From assembly GCA_034430475.1 (NCBI GenBank), contig DAOUEA010000009.1:107578-171577 (forward strand): a stretch of 64,000 nucleotides of DNA, written 5' to 3'. The DNA is from Chloroflexota bacterium. Lineage in GTDB: Bacteria > Chloroflexota > Limnocylindria > Limnocylindrales > CSP1-4. The translations under genes and the position numbers were made by a program. Every line of letters starts with the position of its first letter. Position 1 is the first letter of the stretch. Below the pieces are notes generated by a model. The model was not told the DNA's origin. It was given only the letters and a program-made list of their open reading frames with translations, and did not search any database. Shown here piece after piece: positions 17,751 to 24,276 of the stretch.

Positions 17751-19499
17751 ATGCAAGATTTCACCGACTCGTACTGCGAGCGGTGCGGCACCCGCTACAC
17801 CTTCGGCCAGCCGAAGGAGAAGAAGCCGGCCATGGCCACCGCTCGGACCCTGGCCCGCGGTTTGAAGCACTTCGTCATGAACGACAGCTCGACCATCGAC
17901 GACGCGATGGCCGCCGCCCGGATCGACGAGGAGCGCGAGTCCGCAGCCCAGATCACGGAGGAGTTCCACAAGGTCTTCAGCTTCTGCATGACGTGTCGGC
18001 AGTACGCCTGCGAGAAGTGCTGGAACCCGAACCAGAGCGCCTGTCTGTCCTGCGCTCCGCTGTGGGACACGGAGCCCGTCGCCCCGGAAGGCCATCTGAT
18101 CATCCGAACCCCGACGACCAGCCACTCGCCGGCCGCCCAGCAGGAAGCTCCCTCCCAGCCCGAGACCGACCTGGAGGAGATCCTCCGCCAGCGCTCGGCG
18201 GACCTTGCCGCAGCGGACACGAGTCGCAGAACTGCCGGCGAAACCCGCCGCCAGGCTCGCCGGGACGAGAAGGCAGCCGCGAAGCTGCGCGCCCAATCCG
18301 AGACCTGGAAAGCCCAGGACGACGGCTGGACCCTCTGGCCGTCAGACCAGGCTGAGGCGGCCTCGCCATTGCCGGCCCCTCCCCCGCCGGCCTCGCGCCC
18401 ACCCCAGCCGGCTCCGAGCGAGATGAACCTCACTCCGGACGAGCTGCAACTGGTCCAGTCCGAGCTGGACACGCCGCCCTATCAGGAGCCTGACGAGCCG
18501 CGACCCAAGCGCGGCGGACGGTCCTCGGGCGAACGTGCCCCCACCCAACCGGAGGCGGCTCCGCCCTCGTCTGACTTCGATCCCCTCGGCTCCCTGAGCC
18601 AGCCCGCCGACGCCACCCCGCCGGCCGTCCCGCCTCAGCCCAAACCCCGCTCCAAGCACGGCCCCGTGCTGGGCCGCCTGCTGGGAGGACAGCGACCTGC
18701 AGCCGACGCCGAGGCCGGTCAAGCCAGGGCCAAGCCCGCCCGTGGCGGGCGGTCGGGCAAGAGCCGCCGCGGATCGAAGACCGAGGCGGCCCGGCCGGCC
18801 GAACCCTGGCCGCACGTGACACCCTGGGCCGAGAGGCCGATAGCCCACCACGACTGGTCGGCTGAACCGGAGGCCGCGCCGGCACCGCAGCAGCAGGCGC
18901 CCGAGGAGCCGCAGATCTCCGAGGCGCCCGCGCCCGCTGAGCGTCTCGGCCCGGTCAAGTGGGAGGAACCCTCTCCCTGGCAGGAGCCAGTACCGCAGCA
19001 GCAGGAGCCGGTGCCGCAGCCCCCCGTTCAGGGTGGGTCTCAGTTCGAGCAGTCCCCCGCCTCCTGGCTTGCGGCAGCCAAACGCTCACCCGAGCCGGCG
19101 CAGGCCCAGCCCGCCTCTCAGGCCCCTGAGACGCCGCCTGCCCCCTCTCCAGCTCCACCCCAGGAGACCCCGGCCGCAGCACCCCCGAGCAGCCGGCCCG
19201 CCGCGCCCGCGGAGCAGTCCCAGCTCTGGCCCCCTGTCGGCACCCGGTGGCCGCCCAAGCCCACCCCCGAGGCTGCCTCCTGGCCTGCCGCGAACGCCGA
19301 CGTGGCCGCCTCCATGGCAGCCCGCAACCAGCTGAACCAGGCTGCCCAGGATGAAGCCGCCCTCGTCTCGGCGATGTGGGCGGAATCGGCCCAGCGGGTC
19401 ATGGACAAGGGCTCGGCGCGGGTCTGTTACCGCTGCGCGCTGCCGCTATCGATGCACGCCCGCTACTGCCGCCGCTGCGGCACCAACCAGCAGGGCTGA
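17751..19499 (+). CDS. zinc-ribbon protein with a very long Pro/Ala/Gln-rich disordered centre
   Basis: 582 aa. N-terminal CERCGTRY plus CMTCRQYACEKCWNPNQSACLSC. C-terminal CYRCALPLSMHARYCRRCG. About 400 residues of low-complexity PAPQ sequence lie in between. Confidence 0.7.
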   Translation: MQDFTDSYCERCGTRYTFGQPKEKKPAMATARTLARGLKHFVMNDSSTIDDAMAAARIDEERESAAQITEEFHKVFSFCMTCRQYACEKCWNPNQSACLSCAPLWDTEPVAPEGHLIIRTPTTSHSPAAQQEAPSQPETDLEEILRQRSADLAAADTSRRTAGETRRQARRDEKAAAKLRAQSETWKAQDDGWTLWPSDQAEAASPLPAPPPPASRPPQPAPSEMNLTPDELQLVQSELDTPPYQEPDEPRPKRGGRSSGERAPTQPEAAPPSSDFDPLGSLSQPADATPPAVPPQPKPRSKHGPVLGRLLGGQRPAADAEAGQARAKPARGGRSGKSRRGSKTEAARPAEPWPHVTPWAERPIAHHDWSAEPEAAPAPQQQAPEEPQISEAPAPAERLGPVKWEEPSPWQEPVPQQQEPVPQPPVQGGSQFEQSPASWLAAAKRSPEPAQAQPASQAPETPPAPSPAPPQETPAAAPPSSRPAAPAEQSQLWPPVGTRWPPKPTPEAASWPAANADVAASMAARNQLNQAAQDEAALVSAMWAESAQRVMDKGSARVCYRCALPLSMHARYCRRCGTNQQG

Positions 19500-19503
19500 G
19501 CGC

Positions 19504-19743
19504 TCAGTCGAGCTCCTCGAAGAGGCCCGGCTGCAGGTCGTCGACGTGAGCTGACCCGTGGGGCCGCAGCAGAGCCCTCACCTGGGCCCTGCGGACGAAG
19601 CGCCGGTTGCCGAGCTTGATCGTTTGCAGCTGTCCGGAGCGCGCCCAGCGGCCGATCGTGTCCGCCTGGAAGTGCACGTTCGCGGCAGCCAGCAGTTCAG
19701 CCGCTTCCGAGAGGGAGATCCAATCGGCGGGCGGCTTCGACAT
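19504..19743 (-). CDS. small helix-turn-helix DNA-binding protein (MerR/excisionase-type HTH)
   Basis: 79 aa. WISLSEAAELLAAANVHFQADTIGRWARSGQLQTIKLGNRRFVRRAQV has the HTH_17-like pattern. Starts 3 nt after the FmdB-like gene stop. Confidence 0.7.
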   Translation of the reverse strand: MSKPPADWISLSEAAELLAAANVHFQADTIGRWARSGQLQTIKLGNRRFVRRAQVRALLRPHGSAHVDDLQPGLFEELD

Positions 19744-19746
19744 CGC

Positions 19747-20040
19747 TCAGTTGCCTTCCCCTGCGGTCGAGCTCGCGCTGGGGCTCGGGCTCGGGCCGGC
19801 TTCCTTCGCGGTAGCCACCTCGCCGGCCGCTGCCGGACCGCGCGCCTTGTCGGACGACCGAGACGGCCCCCTCTCCTTCCGCGCCCAGCCGCTGCCCTTG
19901 AAGTGAACCGCCAGGGGCGCGAAGGACTTCCGCATGGGACTGCCACAGACGGGGCAGGCCGAAGGCCCGGCGCCGTGCAGAGGATGGACCACCTCTACCT
20001 CGTGGCCGCAGGCGGTGCAGACGTAGTCGTAGGTAGGCAC
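19747..20040 (-). CDS. FmdB-family (CxxC...CxxC) zinc-ribbon protein
   Basis: GTG 20040. VPTYDYVCTACGHEVEVVHPLHGAGPSACPVCGSPMRKSFAPLAVHFKGSGW is the canonical FmdB N-terminal signature, followed by a low-complexity tail. Confidence 0.8.
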   Translation of the reverse strand: MPTYDYVCTACGHEVEVVHPLHGAGPSACPVCGSPMRKSFAPLAVHFKGSGWARKERGPSRSSDKARGPAAAGEVATAKEAGPSPSPSASSTAGEGN

Positions 20041-20051
20041 GGTTCGCCGAC

Positions 20052-20771
20052 TCAGCCGCCCATGCGCATGCCGCACTTGGGGCAGTAGAAGGCCCTCTCG
20101 TGCCCCGAGTTGAAGCCGCAGTGGGAGCATGCGGGCCCGCCCTGCTTGCTGGCCAGCGTGGGCCGTTCGACAGTCACCACGCCCATGGCGTATTCGTCGG
20201 CCAGGATGCTGTTGAAAACGGCGGCCATCGCTCGCGATGCGTTGCGGTCGGTGTCGCCGCGCACGCCCTTGCCGCCATAGCCGACGACCGCCCTGGCGAT
20301 CAAGTCGCCGCTCATCTCGTCCCAGTGTGAGGCGACGCCACCGACGATGGCCCCGAAGTCAGGGTAGCCCGAGGTGTCCGTTTCACCCTCGAGGAGGCCG
20401 CAGACGAGCGTGTCGAAGGCCAGGTCGATCGCGTCGGTGCCCTCCAGCACGACCAGCGCATGGCGGGCGATGGGAGACCGCTTGCGGTGGTAGGTGAGCC
20501 ACTCCGGGGCGCCGGGCATCTTGAATATGAAGGGCGAGGCCGCGTTCAACTCCACCGGATAGGGCTCGATGAGCTCGGGCTCGCCCTGGGCGCAGCCTTG
20601 CAGCATCCGGGCCAGTCGGGCCGGCACGCCGGGCGTGTTCTGGAGGCGGACGCTCTCGCTGCTCTTGGCAACGTACGACAGCTTGAGCGCGAATTCCTCG
20701 CCCTTGACCTCACCCACCGAACGCGGAGTCTCCGGCGTCGGCGCCTTGTTGCCTTTCCCAAAAAGCGGCAC
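20052..20771 (-). CDS. hypothetical protein with C-terminal zinc ribbon
   Basis: 239 aa. GTG start with GGGAG 5 nt upstream. The C-terminus CSHCGFNSGHERAFYCPKCG is a zinc ribbon. No motif recognised in the 200-aa N-terminal domain. Lies 67 nt downstream of the valS stop on the same strand. Confidence 0.7.
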   Translation of the reverse strand: MPLFGKGNKAPTPETPRSVGEVKGEEFALKLSYVAKSSESVRLQNTPGVPARLARMLQGCAQGEPELIEPYPVELNAASPFIFKMPGAPEWLTYHRKRSPIARHALVVLEGTDAIDLAFDTLVCGLLEGETDTSGYPDFGAIVGGVASHWDEMSGDLIARAVVGYGGKGVRGDTDRNASRAMAAVFNSILADEYAMGVVTVERPTLASKQGGPACSHCGFNSGHERAFYCPKCGMRMGG

Positions 20772-20838
20772 AGTCGCTCCCTTTCGAACGCTGCGAACTC
20801 GACCCTATCGTAGCAGCCGTCGGGCGCGAGGTTTTCGG

Positions 20839-23580
20839 TCAGGATCGGCCCTCGAGCCGCTCCGAGAGCCGGGCGACGAGCGCCTCCAGCTCGGTGGCTC
20901 GGGACCTGGCGCCATCGACGACCGCCCGGGGGGCCCTGGAAACGAAGGCCTCGTTGGCCAGCCGAGCGCGAGCCGCGGCGAGCATGCCTTCGGCCTCGGC
21001 CAGCTCCCGCTCCAGGCGGGCCCGATCGCGTTCGGTTTGCGACTCGTCGCGAGCGGCAGGCCGAACCGCAGCCTCGACCTCACCCGCGACGACGGCCAGG
21101 CTGCCGGCGACCGCTTGCCGGATCGGCTCCGGCGAGGGCTCACGACGCAGCGGCCGGGCCCGGGAAAGCCGCTCCAGGGCCGGTGCCAGGGCCTCGAAAG
21201 CAGGCCCCAGCCTGTCAGGCACATACACATCGACCGGCAGCCAGGCGGCCGGCTCGACACGCGCCTCCGAGCGGGCGTTGCGAACGGCCCGGACCAGGTC
21301 CAGCAGCTCCGCAACCTGCCGCTCCGCGGCCGCGTCCGTGGCATCGGCCGTCGATTCGGGCCACCCGGCTACGATGAGCATCTCCGGGTCGGCAGCGGCG
21401 TGCGGCAGCCGCTCCCAGATCGCCTCCGTCACGAAGGGCATGATGGGGTGGAGCAGGTGCAGATACGTGTCCAGGGCCATGACCAGGGCCCACCACGTCG
21501 CCTCGCGTTCCGCGGCCGGCAGCGACTGGTCGCCCAGGCGGATCTTGGCCAGCTCAACGCCCCAGTCGCAGTACTCGTTCCAGATCGCCTCGTACAGGAG
21601 CTGGCTGGCATCGCCGAAGGCGTACTGGCCGAGCGACTGGTCGACCGCAGCCACCGTTGCCGAGGCGCGAGACAGGATCCAGCGTTCCGCAGGCCCCATC
21701 TTCGAACGATCGGGCGGCTGGCGCGCGGCGTCCGCGGGGATCGAATCCGGGCGGGCGCCCAGCACGAAGCGAGCCACGTTCCACAGCTTGTTGGTGAAGT
21801 TGCGGGCGTTCTCGAGCTTCTCCCGGCCCAAGCGTGAGTCGTTGCCCGGGGCCGTGCCGTTCACCAGGGCGAAGCGGAGCGCGTCCGCTCCCACCTCGTC
21901 GATCGTCTCGAGAGGATCGACCACGTTGCCCTTGGTCTTGGACATCTTCTGCCCGTACGGGTCGCGGATCAGGCCCGACAGGTAGACGGTGTGGAAGGGC
22001 GCGTCGCCGGCCAGGTGGATGCCCATCATCATCATCCGGGCCACCCAGAAGAAGATGATGTCGTAGGCGGTCTCCATGACCGATGTCGGATAGAAGCGCT
22101 CGAAATCGCTCGTCTTCTCCGGCCAGCCGAGGGTGCTGAACGGCCACAGGCCCGAGCTGAACCAGGTGTCGAAGATGTCCTCGTCCTGGGTCAGCTCCGC
22201 GGCCGGACGGGAGCAGACCTCGCAGGCCTTCGGTCCTTCGACATCGGCGGAGACGGTGGCGTGGCCGTCCGGGCAGTACCAGGCCGGGATGCGGTGCCCC
22301 CACCACAGCTGGCGACTGACGTTCCAGTCGCGCATCTCGGTCATCCAGCGCTCCCAGACCTTGACGAACCGCTCCGGCAGGATCTGGGTCCGCCCGTCGC
22401 GCGTGGCCCTGAGGGCGGCCTCGGCCAGCGGCGTGACCTTGACGAACCACTGCGTCTTGAGCCGCGGTTCCACGACGTCGTCTGAGCGCTGGCAGTGGCC
22501 CAAGAGCATCTCGTGGTCCTTGATCGATTCCATGTCGCCGGCCGCTTCGAGCTCCTGCACGATCCGGCGCCGCGCCTCGTAGCGGTCCAGGCCGTTGAAC
22601 TTGCCGCCGTTGTCGTTGATCCGGGCGAGATCGTCCATGACCGTGATCATCGGCAGGCCGTGGCGCTTCCCCGTCTCGTAGTCGTCCTGGTCGTGAGCCG
22701 GCGTGATCTTGACCGCGCCCGTCCCGAATGCTCTGTCCACAACCGGGTCGGCGATGATCGGCACGGGCCGGTCCACGAAGGGGATGATTGCCTGGCGTCC
22801 GACCAGCGCCGTGTAGCGCTCGTCTTCGGGGTTGACGGCCACGGCGGTATCGCCCAGCAGCGTCTCGGGGCGGGTGGTCGCGACGGAGATCCAGGCATCT
22901 GGATCGGCCTTGCCGCCGGCCTCGTCGAAGAGGTGATAGCGCATCGTCCAGAGGTGGCCGCTGGTTTCCTTGGGGATGACCTCCAGGTCCGAGACACTGG
23001 TCCGGCAGCCGGGGCACCAGTGGATCAGGGCCTCGGTGCGGTAGGCCAAGCCCTCGCGGTGCAGGCGCAGGAAAGCCTCACGCACGGCCCGCGCCGAGAC
23101 TTCGTCCATGGTGAAGCGCAGCCGGCTCATGTCCAGCGAGGCGCCCACGCGGCGTTGCTGGGAGAGGATCGTCTGGCGGGTCTCGTTGACGAACTGCCAC
23201 ATCCGCTCCAGGTACTTCTCGCGACCAAGTGACTGGCGGCTGTGGCCCTCTTGGGCGAGCATCTTGTCCAGCACGTACTGGGCGGCGATGGAGGCGTGGT
23301 CCAGGCCGGGCAGGAAGAGCGCTGGCCGGCCCTGCATCCGGGCGTGGCGCGTCATCAGGTCCTCGACCGTGGACCGCTGGGCATGCCCCAGATGCAGCGA
23401 CCCGGTCACGTTGGGCGGCGGCTGGATGATGACGAAGGGCTCCTTCGACCAGTCCGCGCGCGAGCCCTTGCCCTCGGGATTGAAGACGTCGGCGGCTACC
23501 CAGCGCTCGAAGATGTCGTGCTCGACTTCGCCCGGCTTGTAGGCCTTGGGCATCTCCGCTGTGCTCTTCGTCTGCGCCAC
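20839..23580 (-). CDS. valS: valine--tRNA ligase
   Basis: PPNVTGSLHLGH (HIGH), KMSKTKGN (KMSKS), the editing-domain motif TTRPETLLGDTAVAVNP, and a C-terminal coiled coil. Start taken at GTG 23580 (GGAG 6 nt upstream). In-frame alternatives are ATG 23592 and ATG 23553. Confidence 0.95.
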   Translation of the reverse strand: MAQTKSTAEMPKAYKPGEVEHDIFERWVAADVFNPEGKGSRADWSKEPFVIIQPPPNVTGSLHLGHAQRSTVEDLMTRHARMQGRPALFLPGLDHASIAAQYVLDKMLAQEGHSRQSLGREKYLERMWQFVNETRQTILSQQRRVGASLDMSRLRFTMDEVSARAVREAFLRLHREGLAYRTEALIHWCPGCRTSVSDLEVIPKETSGHLWTMRYHLFDEAGGKADPDAWISVATTRPETLLGDTAVAVNPEDERYTALVGRQAIIPFVDRPVPIIADPVVDRAFGTGAVKITPAHDQDDYETGKRHGLPMITVMDDLARINDNGGKFNGLDRYEARRRIVQELEAAGDMESIKDHEMLLGHCQRSDDVVEPRLKTQWFVKVTPLAEAALRATRDGRTQILPERFVKVWERWMTEMRDWNVSRQLWWGHRIPAWYCPDGHATVSADVEGPKACEVCSRPAAELTQDEDIFDTWFSSGLWPFSTLGWPEKTSDFERFYPTSVMETAYDIIFFWVARMMMMGIHLAGDAPFHTVYLSGLIRDPYGQKMSKTKGNVVDPLETIDEVGADALRFALVNGTAPGNDSRLGREKLENARNFTNKLWNVARFVLGARPDSIPADAARQPPDRSKMGPAERWILSRASATVAAVDQSLGQYAFGDASQLLYEAIWNEYCDWGVELAKIRLGDQSLPAAEREATWWALVMALDTYLHLLHPIMPFVTEAIWERLPHAAADPEMLIVAGWPESTADATDAAAERQVAELLDLVRAVRNARSEARVEPAAWLPVDVYVPDRLGPAFEALAPALERLSRARPLRREPSPEPIRQAVAGSLAVVAGEVEAAVRPAARDESQTERDRARLERELAEAEGMLAAARARLANEAFVSRAPRAVVDGARSRATELEALVARLSERLEGRS

Positions 23581-23815
23581 CGTTCGCTCCATCAACGACT
23601 GGACCCGCTCGCCCAGCGGACGAACGGGTCGTGGTACCACCTGCTGGTTCGGCCCTGCCTGCGACCGGTCGTCCCGATCGCCCCGGTTGTCCCGGCTCGG
23701 GCGAAGCCCTCTGGGGCGCGCTATCGGGCGCCTCCCGCACCGCTCGCGAGCTACATTCGCGCCGGTCCGATGGCAGGGCTTCCAGCCGGCGCCTACGCGC
23801 GGCCCCGCTCTCTGG
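23581..23815 (-). promoter_or_regulatory. T-box-like leader (Val specifier GUA) upstream of valS
   Basis: Minus strand: AGGUGGUACCACG (23642->23630) versus the T-box core GGGUGGUACCGCG. Helix GCGCCGG/CCGGCGC (23792-23786 / 23765-23759) sits above an internal loop whose 3' side reads GAA-U-GUA-G (GUA at 23754-23752). Lower helix CCGCGCG / CGCG-AG-CGG. No U-tract terminator. Confidence 0.6.
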
Positions 23816-23831
23816 TCATCGACTGGCGGCG

Positions 23832-24131
23832 CTACTCCTCTCGGTCAACGCCGTGAGGCGGCGATGGTAGCACAGGGCCCGGGGAGCTCTCTCCGGGTCG
23901 AAGCCTCAGCACGACCTCCACTGCCTCGCGCACCCGGTCCTTCAGGTCGCCCCGGGGCACGATCGCCCAAACGAGCATCGTCCCCTCGACGGTGGCCAGG
24001 AGCGTGGTCACCAGCTCGGGCGTAACGGCGACGCGGATCTCCCCCGCCTCCGCCGCCAGCGTCAGCAGCTCCGAGATGCGCCCCTTCAGCGATGCGGTGC
24101 AGGCGGCGCTACTGGCGCGCCCCTGGGCCAT
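23832..24131 (-). pseudogene. TetR-family C-terminal (ligand-binding) domain remnant lacking an HTH
   Basis: LKGRISELLTLAAEAGEIRVAVTPELVTTLLATVEGTMLVWAIVPRGDLKDRVREAVEVVL looks like a TetR C-terminal region. Upstream sequence in frame has no HTH and overlaps the start of the divergent oxidoreductase. Confidence 0.4.
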
Positions 24132-24276
24132 GCCGCCTGTCTTGGCGAGATTACCGAAGGGGCGGTCTCCGGACGGGGCCGATTCGCCGGTTGTCTTGCC
24201 CGCCCGGGTACCGGCTTCACGGGCCCGGAACGCGCGGGCGGGGATGTGAGCGCCACGCTGCCGGTATGCTGGCCGC

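Noticed and set aside
19504-19743. The excisionase-type HTH gene as a marker of a prophage or integrative element.
   Set aside because: No integrase, recombinase, phage structural genes or att-like repeats nearby. It sits in a tight operon with valS and the zinc-ribbon genes.
23843-23848. TTGACC hexamer as the -35 element of the valS/T-box promoter.
   Set aside because: No acceptable -10 hexamer at 16-19 nt spacing (CAGTCG at best), so I cannot support a promoter call.
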